NCBI GenBank assembly: GCA_021734045.1
Contig: JAIPJR010000003.1
Span: 1 to 56,029 of the forward strand
DNA length: 56,029 nucleotides
Source of the DNA: Fidelibacterota bacterium
GTDB lineage: Bacteria > Fidelibacterota > UBA8477
Reading direction: 5' to 3'
The notes beneath the pieces were generated by a model, which saw only the letters and a program-made list of their open reading frames with translations, was not told where the DNA came from and did no database searches. Positions 48,203 to 56,029 of this stretch are shown one piece after another. A program made the position numbers and the translations under genes. Positions within the stretch are counted from its first letter, which is position 1. Every line of letters begins with the position of its first letter.

Positions 48203-48927
48203 GATGCGCCTGCTTTTTCACCAGCCGATCTCAGGTGCTCCAAAAACTGCCGGTGTACCCGGCTCAGTAAAGAATCCCGGTCCTCGTAAGTCAATTCCTG
48301 GGTCGGTACAGGGGGCAGAATTGTCACCTCTACCACACCCGGTTTGATGCTATGGCGATATTTGGGCTTCAATTCATAGGCTCCCGATAACACAACCGGG
48401 ACGATAGGTTTCCCGGTCTGAATGGCCAGGATAAAACCACCCTTCTTGAATGTTTTCAGCTGCCCGTCCAATGAACGTGTTCCCTCCGGAAAAATACACA
48501 CCGAACTGCGTTGCTTTTTGAACTGCTCTGCCACCTGTGCCATGGCATCCAAAGCTTTCCGATGGTTTTTCCGGTCGATGAAATAATGCTTCACCATCCA
48601 CATGGCCCATCCAAACAAGGGAATGTACATCAACTCCCGCTTGGCGATCATGCGGAGTTGAAACGGCATGTAATAAAACATAAGCGGGATATCGAATGCT
48701 GAGGTGTGATTGCTGACAAAGATGTACTGCTCCCCCTGATCCAGCTGCTCCAGTCCGTGGACATTCGCCCCTACCCCCGCGGTTTTTAATATGACCCAGC
48801 TCCAAAATCGGGCAATCCAGCCCCCCACATTACCGGTCCGGTCAAACAAACCTGATACTATGGCCAGAATGGCACACACGACGGTTACAATAACCACCAC
48901 AATCATGAGATAGGCATAACTAAGCAT
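48199..48927 (-). CDS. plsC: 1-acyl-sn-glycerol-3-phosphate acyltransferase
   Basis: NHTSAFD, FIDR, FPEGTRS, FKKG. Confidence 0.9.
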   Translation of the reverse strand: MLSYAYLMIVVVIVTVVCAILAIVSGLFDRTGNVGGWIARFWSWVILKTAGVGANVHGLEQLDQGEQYIFVSNHTSAFDIPLMFYYMPFQLRMIAKRELMYIPLFGWAMWMVKHYFIDRKNHRKALDAMAQVAEQFKKQRSSVCIFPEGTRSLDGQLKTFKKGGFILAIQTGKPIVPVVLSGAYELKPKYRHSIKPGVVEVTILPPVPTQELTYEDRDSLLSRVHRQFLEHLRSAGEKAGAS

Positions 48928-48978
48928 GGTAAGGGATACTCCGGTGTCGGTCTATCTGTTATTTCTAAGATTCAACGA

Positions 48979-49545
48979 TTATTCATGGGTTTGATGGGCA
49001 GGGAAGCCCGCGGTTACAAGCCATTGTACCATAGCAAGACGCTCTAAGCGCTCCATGCGCTGCACTGCCTCCTGAAAGGTCTGGCCAATGGTCAATGCAC
49101 CATGCTGTTGCAGGAGACAGGCCGACCCCGTCGCCCCCAAATCATCAATCACTGCCTTTGCCAATGCCCCGCTACCCGGTGCGGCAAAAGCTGCCACAGC
49201 AATCTTTCCAAAATCCGCCGTCTCGGTTAAAAGGGTTCCATCCAATGCTTCACCCCGCACGGCAAAGCTGGTGGCGTAGGGCGGATGACAATGCACGATG
49301 GCACCCACTTGTGGTAACTGGTGAAAAATGACCTGGTGCATACGCCATTCCGAAGAGACACCAGTGGTGGGTGCGCCCACCACTGGCATCCAACGCCAGT
49401 CATCTACTGTCAAATTTTCAAATTCACTTCGGGTCCGGGTGATGTAAAAACCACTGCCTGTGCGTATGCTGGCATTGCCATCGCTCGCCACCACCAAACC
49501 ATGCGCAGCCAATCGGTGACAAAGTTCTGTGGCCTGATCAAGCAT
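48979..49545 (-). CDS. Class II aldolase/adducin family protein
   Basis: DGNASIR, SSEWRMH, HCHPPYA, QQHG. ATG 49545 overlaps the end of serS. Confidence 0.85.
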   Translation of the reverse strand: MLDQATELCHRLAAHGLVVASDGNASIRTGSGFYITRTRSEFENLTVDDWRWMPVVGAPTTGVSSEWRMHQVIFHQLPQVGAIVHCHPPYATSFAVRGEALDGTLLTETADFGKIAVAAFAAPGSGALAKAVIDDLGATGSACLLQQHGALTIGQTFQEAVQRMERLERLAMVQWLVTAGFPAHQTHE

Positions 49546-50821
49546 CGTCAGCAGAAATGGTTTCAGCGCCAAAGTATGGCACCAGCGCCTCCGGAACGTG
49601 AATACTGCCATCGGGTTGCTGGTAATGCTCCAGAATAGCCACCAATAGCCGCGCCGTCGCCACGCCACTGCCGTTTAGCGTGTGGAGGTATTGGGGTTTT
49701 CCGCCTGTACGGGGTTTATAGCGGATATTCCCCCGCCGCGCCTGGAAATCTTCAAAATTTGAGCAGGACGAAACCTCCAGCCAGCGTTGCTCACCCGGCG
49801 CCCACAATTCCAGATCATAGCATTTGGCGGCAGCGAAAGACAAATCACCTGTCACCAGTTCCAATATCCGGTAGGGCAGGTTCAGCGCTTCAAGCACCTC
49901 CTCCGCATCCCGCCGTAACGTTTCCAATTCATCATAACTGGTTTCAGGTAAAACAAATTTTACCATCTCTACCTTGTTAAACTGGTGCACCCGCAGAAAA
50001 CCGTGGGTCTCTTTCCCGTAAGAACCCGCCTCCCGTCTAAAACACGCCGAATAGGCTGTGTACCGCAACGGCAGTGCTTTTTCCGGAATAATCTCATCTT
50101 GATGAATATTGGTCACCGGTACCTCGGCGGTAGGGATCAGAAACAGATCATCAACTTGTGCCAGATACATATCCTCTTCCATTTTAGGCAACTGACCTGT
50201 CGCCGTAAGCGATGTGCGGTTTACCAGGAATGGTGGAAAAACCTCCTTGTAGCCATGTTTTTGAGTATGCATATCCAGCATAAAATTAATCAGTGCTCGT
50301 TCCAATCTCGCGCCGGCACCTGTGTACAGCGGAAATCCGGTCCCGGTGATTTTGGTGCCCCGGGCAAAATCAAACAACCCTAAAGCTTCACCCAGCTCCA
50401 GGTGATTCTTTAGGGGAAAATCCACTGACTCACGGGGTTCACCCCAGGTTTTCACTACCGGGTTTTCACTAGGATCCTGTCCCACGGGCACTGAAGTGTG
50501 CGCCGGATTGGGTACCATGAGCAGGTTTTCTTCAAATTCCGCTTCCAACGTCTTCAGCTGACCGTCCAGTGATTTGATTTGCTCAATCAGGTCACCGGTT
50601 TGAGCAATCAGTTCATCGACATTCTCGCCCTGCCGTTTCCGCTCACCCACCGCTTTGGAAATTTCATTGCGCTGCTGCTTCAGAGCATCCACGCGATTAA
50701 TGATCTCCCGCCGCTCCTCATCCAGCCGCACCAGCGCGTCCACATCCACCGTGACGCCTTTGTCTGCCATCGCCTGTCGTAACGCATCCGGTTTCTCCCG
50801 GAGCCATTTTGCATCAATCAT
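49538..50821 (-). CDS. serS: Serine--tRNA ligase
   Basis: TGQLPK, LIPTAEVP, FRREAG, RVHQFNKVE, EVSSCSN, TLNGSG. Confidence 0.97.
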   Translation of the reverse strand: MIDAKWLREKPDALRQAMADKGVTVDVDALVRLDEERREIINRVDALKQQRNEISKAVGERKRQGENVDELIAQTGDLIEQIKSLDGQLKTLEAEFEENLLMVPNPAHTSVPVGQDPSENPVVKTWGEPRESVDFPLKNHLELGEALGLFDFARGTKITGTGFPLYTGAGARLERALINFMLDMHTQKHGYKEVFPPFLVNRTSLTATGQLPKMEEDMYLAQVDDLFLIPTAEVPVTNIHQDEIIPEKALPLRYTAYSACFRREAGSYGKETHGFLRVHQFNKVEMVKFVLPETSYDELETLRRDAEEVLEALNLPYRILELVTGDLSFAAAKCYDLELWAPGEQRWLEVSSCSNFEDFQARRGNIRYKPRTGGKPQYLHTLNGSGVATARLLVAILEHYQQPDGSIHVPEALVPYFGAETISADDA

Positions 50822-50824
50822 ACG

Positions 50825-51934
50825 TCAATCCTGTTCAAAAAATCTGTGAATCGCCTCCACCACCATTTTCACCTGCTCCCGGGTCACATAGGGATGCATG
50901 GGTAGGGATAATACCGTATTAGCAGCTTTTTCGCTGTTGGGACACCGATCATCCCATTGGGAATCCCGAAATGCGGGCTGCAGATACAAGGGTGTGGGAT
51001 AATGGACCGCCGAGGGAATTCCCTGCTCAGAAAGGTACGCTTGCAACGCATCCCGTCGCTCAACCCGGATCGTGTATTGCTGGTAAATGTGGGTGCGATC
51101 TTCACCGCAAACCGGTCCAGTCACCCAGGTGGGATCCAATAGCTCCTGATACCACCCCGCTACCTGTTGTCGCCGCCGGTTCCAGCGATCCAAGTGGGGT
51201 AACTTTACCTTTAAAATGGCTGCCTGCAATGTGTCGATACGGGAATTCACCCCCACCAATTCATGCCAATAACGCTTGTCACTGCCGTGAGCCCGGATTT
51301 TGGCCATGCGATCGGCCAGATCACCATCATGTGTGAAGACACCACCCGCGTCCCCAAACGCACCCAGGTTTTTTGCCGGGAAGAAGCTGGTACAACCAAT
51401 GGCACCCAATCCACAGACCTTTTCATCCCGGTAATAAGCACCTAATGCCTGAGCGCCATCCTCAACCACCGGGATACCGTACTGGTGGCCGATTCGAAGT
51501 AGCTCATCCATATCAGCCGGTAGACCATACAAATGTACCGGAATTATGGCCTTGGTACGCGGCGTGATAAGCCCCTCTACCTGATCAACGCGCAAGTTGT
51601 AGGTCGTCAGGTCAATGTCCGTGTAAACCGGTTCCGCACCCAGAAGCGCGATGACCTCCACTGTGGCGGCAAATGTGAAAGGGCTGGTAATAATTTCATC
51701 ACCCGGTCCTACACCCAGGGCCATGAGTGCCAGTTGCAGTGCATCGGTACCGGACGCGCATCCAAACGCAAAAGGAACCCGAGCATAAGCCGCCAGATCT
51801 TGTTCGAATTCTTCTACCTGCGGACCCATGATAAATTGCTGACTCTCCACAACCTCCCGAATCGCCGCATCGATTTCGGTTTGCAGTTCACGATATTGTG
51901 CATTCAAATCAACCAGAGGCATTTTCAAATTCAT
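50825..51934 (-). CDS. DegT/DnrJ/EryC1/StrS aminotransferase (WbpE-like)
   Basis: SGTDAL, PVHLYG, EDGAQ, SFFPAKNLG, NSRIDTLQA. Confidence 0.92.
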   Translation of the reverse strand: MNLKMPLVDLNAQYRELQTEIDAAIREVVESQQFIMGPQVEEFEQDLAAYARVPFAFGCASGTDALQLALMALGVGPGDEIITSPFTFAATVEVIALLGAEPVYTDIDLTTYNLRVDQVEGLITPRTKAIIPVHLYGLPADMDELLRIGHQYGIPVVEDGAQALGAYYRDEKVCGLGAIGCTSFFPAKNLGAFGDAGGVFTHDGDLADRMAKIRAHGSDKRYWHELVGVNSRIDTLQAAILKVKLPHLDRWNRRRQQVAGWYQELLDPTWVTGPVCGEDRTHIYQQYTIRVERRDALQAYLSEQGIPSAVHYPTPLYLQPAFRDSQWDDRCPNSEKAANTVLSLPMHPYVTREQVKMVVEAIHRFFEQD

Positions 51935-51979
51935 AAGGATTATCTTTTTTTTCGTTAATGGTCATTGAATGAGGGAGCT

Positions 51980-52010
51980 TCGTTCTCGTACCCGTACTCG
52001 TACTCGTACT
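51980..52010. repeat. Hexamer tandem repeat (TCGTAC)x5, imperfect
   Basis: TCGTTC TCGTAC CCGTAC TCGTAC TCGTAC in the intergenic region. Confidence 0.7.
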
Positions 52011-52039
52011 AGACAACTTTCTTCTTTCCTCTTTCTCTA

Positions 52040-53443
52040 TTAATGACTACCCTTTCCGGTAAGCATCACGTAAATCGTATAAATAATGATTTTCAAATCC
52101 AACCGCAGCGACATGTTTTCAATATAAAACAGATCAAATTTCAATTTCTGCCGTACATCTTCCAGGGATTCATCGTACCCCCATTTCACCTGCGCCCAGC
52201 CGGTAATCCCCGGTTTGACCCGATGTCGCCGCGTGTAGAGAGGTAATTGCCGCTGAATCTGTTCTACAAAATAGGGACGCTCCGGTCGCGGCCCCACCAG
52301 GGACATTTCACCCTTTAAAACATTGATAAACTGGGGAAATTCGTCCAACCGGAGAAAGCGCAACACCTTCCCAACCCGGGTCACCCGCGGATCATCCTTC
52401 TGTGCCCACACCGGTCCTGTTTCCGATTCTGCATCTTCCACCATGGAACGAAATTTAATCACATGAAAAGGCCTTCCCCGACGCCCTACCCGCTCCTGGG
52501 TATAAAAAACCGGTCCCCTGGATTCCAGCTTGATACTTACCGCCACAATGAAAAAGAGTGGGGATAATATCACCAGTGCCAGCCCACTGAACAGAATATC
52601 CAGTACCCGTTTTGCCACCCGCTCCCAATAGGGCATGATCTCGGGCATGATCTCCACCAACGGGAGACCATAAAGCTGTTGGGTTCGGGCAGTCCCGGAA
52701 ATTGCCTCCGACAAATCAGGACTGATTTTCAGCGAGACCTTTTCGTCACTGATGCGAGTGATAATGTCAAGCACCCGGCTGTGATGGTCTTTGTCCAATG
52801 CCAAAATCACATCTTCAATCTGCAGGGAACGTATTAATCCCGGCAGGTCATCCAGACCACCCAAAACTTTGATTCCGTGCCGCTCCTGTCCTTTATTCTT
52901 TTCCGGATACAGCGTCACAAATCCCAGTACATCATTCCCGGCCGCCGGATGCGCCAACAGATTATCCAGCAATTCCCAGCCCCGCCGATTCCAGCCCACA
53001 ATCAGGCTCGCAGCCCGACCGATCCCTTTGGCCAGCAGCCGCCGGTGAGCGGTCCGGATAATCAGGCGCCCCAGAGAGACAAAAAACATGAGAAAGAACC
53101 AGTAAAATAGGAGAATTGCTTTCCCGAAGGTCACCGGGTTGGCCAGGTCAATGGTGATGAAATAAAGCACCAAAATGCCCAGGAAAGTATATTTCGCCAC
53201 ATTCAGGACTTCATCAGACCGGGACACCACCCGTCGATTCACATAAAATTGATTAAACGCGAAAATCACCATCCAGTACAAACTCATGAAGAGTGCTGGC
53301 AACGGGACATCCTGCCAGAGTAGCTCCACTTCATTCTGATATGCACCCGATTTGAACCGGATGATGAAAACCAGTATAAACGCCAGATTAATGGCGAGAA
53401 AATCAGACAAAATTAAAAGGATTCGTTCCAACCAGCGCGGCAA
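52040..53443 (-). CDS. Polyprenyl-phosphate glycosylphosphotransferase (priming sugar transferase)
   Basis: N-terminal TM segments; KRVLDI, KFRSM, DPRVT, LDEFPQ, SLVGPRPE, PGITGWAQV. Confidence 0.93.
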   Translation of the reverse strand: MPRWLERILLILSDFLAINLAFILVFIIRFKSGAYQNEVELLWQDVPLPALFMSLYWMVIFAFNQFYVNRRVVSRSDEVLNVAKYTFLGILVLYFITIDLANPVTFGKAILLFYWFFLMFFVSLGRLIIRTAHRRLLAKGIGRAASLIVGWNRRGWELLDNLLAHPAAGNDVLGFVTLYPEKNKGQERHGIKVLGGLDDLPGLIRSLQIEDVILALDKDHHSRVLDIITRISDEKVSLKISPDLSEAISGTARTQQLYGLPLVEIMPEIMPYWERVAKRVLDILFSGLALVILSPLFFIVAVSIKLESRGPVFYTQERVGRRGRPFHVIKFRSMVEDAESETGPVWAQKDDPRVTRVGKVLRFLRLDEFPQFINVLKGEMSLVGPRPERPYFVEQIQRQLPLYTRRHRVKPGITGWAQVKWGYDESLEDVRQKLKFDLFYIENMSLRLDLKIIIYTIYVMLTGKGSH

Positions 53444-53446
53444 AAC

Positions 53447-54040
53447 TTATTCTCCCACCGGTTCCACCACATCGCCCTGCTTGCGGTATTCACCGCATTC
53501 GGAATGTCCACACGAGCCCGTTCCGTTGGTGGTGAATGTGAGTCGATGCCCCCGCTTGCACACCCAGCCTACGATTTTCCCCGGCACGCCCACCACCATA
53601 GCAAAATCGGGCACATCCCGGGTCACCACCGCGCCTGCAGCAATTAGGGCGTAGCGGCCAACGGTATTGCCGCACACAAGGGTGGCATTGGCGCCGATAG
53701 AGGCTGATTTCTTCACCAGCGTTTTGTGGTAAAAGCGCGAACCACGCTGGGGAAACTCGCTCCGTGGATTGAGCACATTGGTAAACACCATGGAGGGTCC
53801 ACAGAACACATAATCCTCCAGCTCAACACCCTCGTACACCGAGACATTGTTCTGAATTTTCACGTGGCTCCCAATGCGCACATTATTCCCAATATTCACA
53901 TTCTGACCCACACTCACATTCTCACCCAGCTGAGCGCCAGATTGAACATGGGAAAAATGCCAGATTTTGGTACCCGCGCCGATGGATACTCCATCGTCCA
54001 CATAACTGGAAGGATGAACATAAAAGGATTGCGACGTCAT
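53447..54040 (-). CDS. Hexapeptide N-acetyltransferase (WbpD-like)
   Basis: TKIWHFSH, GQNV, KIQNNVSVY, FCGPSMVFTN. Confidence 0.9.
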   Translation of the reverse strand: MTSQSFYVHPSSYVDDGVSIGAGTKIWHFSHVQSGAQLGENVSVGQNVNIGNNVRIGSHVKIQNNVSVYEGVELEDYVFCGPSMVFTNVLNPRSEFPQRGSRFYHKTLVKKSASIGANATLVCGNTVGRYALIAAGAVVTRDVPDFAMVVGVPGKIVGWVCKRGHRLTFTTNGTGSCGHSECGEYRKQGDVVEPVGE

Positions 54041-54072
54041 GATTCTGACCTGGTGTTAAAGAGTTTTAATGC

Positions 54073-55101
54073 TCAGGAAAAATTTAATGGCAAACTCACC
54101 CGTTTACCAGTCTGGGCGGATTTGTAAATGGCCAAAATAAGCTCCAGAGACTTGCGTCCGGAGCGCCCATCGGTAAAAGCTTCTGATTCGCCCTTCAAAC
54201 TGGCCACCACATTTTTGTAATAGCCCAGATGGCCGAAGCCGTACACGTTGGGCGGCGAATAGTTGGCTTCCTCCACGAGACGGTCATCGTCGTCATAATC
54301 CTGAAATTCCCATTTCTCAATCTTATTTACGGCTACTCCGCCGATTTTGGCCGTGCCCTTTTCACCCAGAATGGTAATGGAGCCTTCAAAATTTTTCGGA
54401 AATGTGAGCATGGTGACACTCATTGATCCGATCACACCATTGCGGAATTTGATAATGGCTGTTCCCGTATCCTCTGCTTCAATTTTCCGCGCCAATGTAC
54501 CGGTTACCGCCATTACATACTCGGGATTTCCCACCAGCCAGGTGAGTGCGTCAACATAATGGCTGGCCTGATTCATATAGGCACCGCCATCAAACTCCCA
54601 GGTACCCCGCCATTTGGCCTGGTCGTAGTACTCCTGGGGTCGCGCCCAAAACACATTGGACTGGACCATGTAAATTTGTCCGAAGCGTCCTTTGTTAATG
54701 GCATTTTTCAGCAATTGCATGGTGGTGTTCAGGCGATTTTGTTTTACGACAAACAACTCCACTTTATGCTCGTCACAGGCCTGGATCAGTGCGTCGGCAT
54801 CCTTGAGGGTAATGCCCATGGGCTTCTCGGTAATGACATGACAACCCGCCTGAGCCGCCATTATGCCGTGCTGGGGATGCATGCCGCTGGGCGTACAGAT
54901 GGAAACGATATCCAGGTTTTCTTTGGCTAGCATTTTGGCCAGATCGGTGTACCACGCGGCACTATTCTCTTCCGCAGCGGACTGAGACCGCGCTTTCACC
55001 ACATCACATACCGCAGCTAACTCCAAATCATCCGGAAACTGCTTAATGGCATCAAAATGATTCTTCGAAATTCGACCACATCCCACCAAACCAATCCGCA
55101 T
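54073..55101 (-). CDS. Gfo/Idh/MocA oxidoreductase (WbpB/WlbA-like UDP-GlcNAcA 3-dehydrogenase)
   Basis: GCGRIS, TPSGMH, EKPM, VKQNR, WRGTWEFDGG, NQASHYVD, YGFGH. ATG 55101 follows AAGGAG. Confidence 0.9.
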   Translation of the reverse strand: MRIGLVGCGRISKNHFDAIKQFPDDLELAAVCDVVKARSQSAAEENSAAWYTDLAKMLAKENLDIVSICTPSGMHPQHGIMAAQAGCHVITEKPMGITLKDADALIQACDEHKVELFVVKQNRLNTTMQLLKNAINKGRFGQIYMVQSNVFWARPQEYYDQAKWRGTWEFDGGAYMNQASHYVDALTWLVGNPEYVMAVTGTLARKIEAEDTGTAIIKFRNGVIGSMSVTMLTFPKNFEGSITILGEKGTAKIGGVAVNKIEKWEFQDYDDDDRLVEEANYSPPNVYGFGHLGYYKNVVASLKGESEAFTDGRSGRKSLELILAIYKSAQTGKRVSLPLNFS

Positions 55102-55232
55102 ATTTACAGGCTCCTTTTCATCAAATTCGGCCAAATATAGGGGCTGAGCCTTGGTTTCAAAGAGGGATAAATATCTGGTTAAAGGACAATTCCGGGGGCG
55201 CCGAACAGCGTCATCCATATTATATTCGCGTG

Positions 55233-56029
55233 ATGATTTTCCACCGATTCGCACGATTCATCCTTTCCGGTCTGATCCTGTCCGGTGTTCTCTGCGCCCA
55301 GTCCGGACCCGTGGATCGAGACCATCCGGTTTATCCCTTCCTGCGACGCCAGGCTGCCCTGGACAACCTGCCCCAGAACTGGTTAGCCACACAGCCGGTA
55401 TCATGGCAGCAAGTGAACGACCTTTTGAATCAAGTGGGCCAATCCAGGCAAATACTTTCCCGACTGGATCAGCGATTACTTGACCGGTTCAGCGCTGAGT
55501 TTTCAAAACCAAATCGCCCCACACCACTCACGGCGCCCTGGCAACTCCATACCTGGCGGGATGCCGGACGGGGACTCTTAACGAACAAACCGGATGCATC
55601 TCCCTATCCCCATGGACTTACCTACCGGGATTCTTCTACCGCCATCTGGGCTGATTGGCGGGAGGGTCTGCGGATTCAGAATAACGGATCACACGCCCGG
55701 GGATATTACACGGATCAACTGGTTTTTCGCGGCTACCTGAACGACCATTTTTCGTTCTATTGGGACTTCATTCAGTACCGGCTCTCCAACGTGTCCAATT
55801 ACCCCGACCTGCCACCAGAATACAAGCAGGGACATATTATTGATCAGGAAGAACTGGACTGGTATGTGTGGAATTTGGGTCAGGCCGGGCTGTATACTTC
55901 CTACCCAAACTGGTCCCTCACCCTGGCGCAGGAGCCGGTTTACTGGGGATATTCGCCCAATTTAACACCTATCTTAAACACACGGGTGTATCCCTACACA
56001 CACATCCGTTTTTCAGTGGATTATAAGGT
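55233..56029 (+). CDS. Wzi-like (capsule assembly) outer-membrane protein (3' end runs off the window)
   Basis: Not in the ORF track. Manual translation is open to the window end: signal peptide MIFHRFARFILSGLILSGVLCA, then HPVYPFLRR...LAQEPVYWGYSP...ILN...YP. Confidence 0.55.
   Translation, partial: MIFHRFARFILSGLILSGVLCAQSGPVDRDHPVYPFLRRQAALDNLPQNWLATQPVSWQQVNDLLNQVGQSRQILSRLDQRLLDRFSAEFSKPNRPTPLTAPWQLHTWRDAGRGLLTNKPDASPYPHGLTYRDSSTAIWADWREGLRIQNNGSHARGYYTDQLVFRGYLNDHFSFYWDFIQYRLSNVSNYPDLPPEYKQGHIIDQEELDWYVWNLGQAGLYTSYPNWSLTLAQEPVYWGYSPNLTPILNTRVYPYTHIRFSVDYK

Noticed and set aside
1-56029. Prophage, IS element, integron, tRNA/rRNA genes or selenoprotein readthrough
   Set aside because: I saw no integrase, transposase or phage genes, no tRNA/rRNA signatures, and no ORF that appears broken at an in-frame TGA.

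Overview
A 56 kb, gene-dense chromosomal segment from a diderm bacterium, probably FCB superphylum and possibly Marinimicrobia-like. That placement is inferred from the dockerin-tipped peptidase, the Bacteroidota-type bS22 and the TAnnTTYG promoter boxes. I see no rRNA, tRNA, CRISPR array or intact mobile element. In order, the window holds: (1) a ZIP-like transporter, lgt, a PAP2 phosphatase and an acyl-CoA carboxyltransferase/AtuA/enoyl-CoA hydratase cluster; (2) a POTRA-less Omp85, a D-Ala-D-Ala dipeptidase and a degenerate GDPD; (3) a hexaheme lipoprotein cytochrome c behind a candidate sigma54 promoter; (4) a trmB-gap-pyk-GH57-glgP glycogen/glycolysis module with two copies of a candidate TrmB operator; (5) a TetR-MMPL-LolA-like-DUF1302-MMPL trans-envelope transport operon; (6) a TatT-like lipoprotein, an M14-dockerin peptidase and an M1-Omp85-like peptidase; (7) housekeeping genes (dsbD, patatin, cyclophilin, proline dehydrogenase, NAD kinase, xseAB, HU, sppA, mltD, plsC, serS), including a 31-aa bS22 gene missed by the ORF track; (8) a WbpB/D/E-type amino-sugar cluster with a divergent Wzi-like gene. 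All family calls come from motif recognition by eye. No searches were run.
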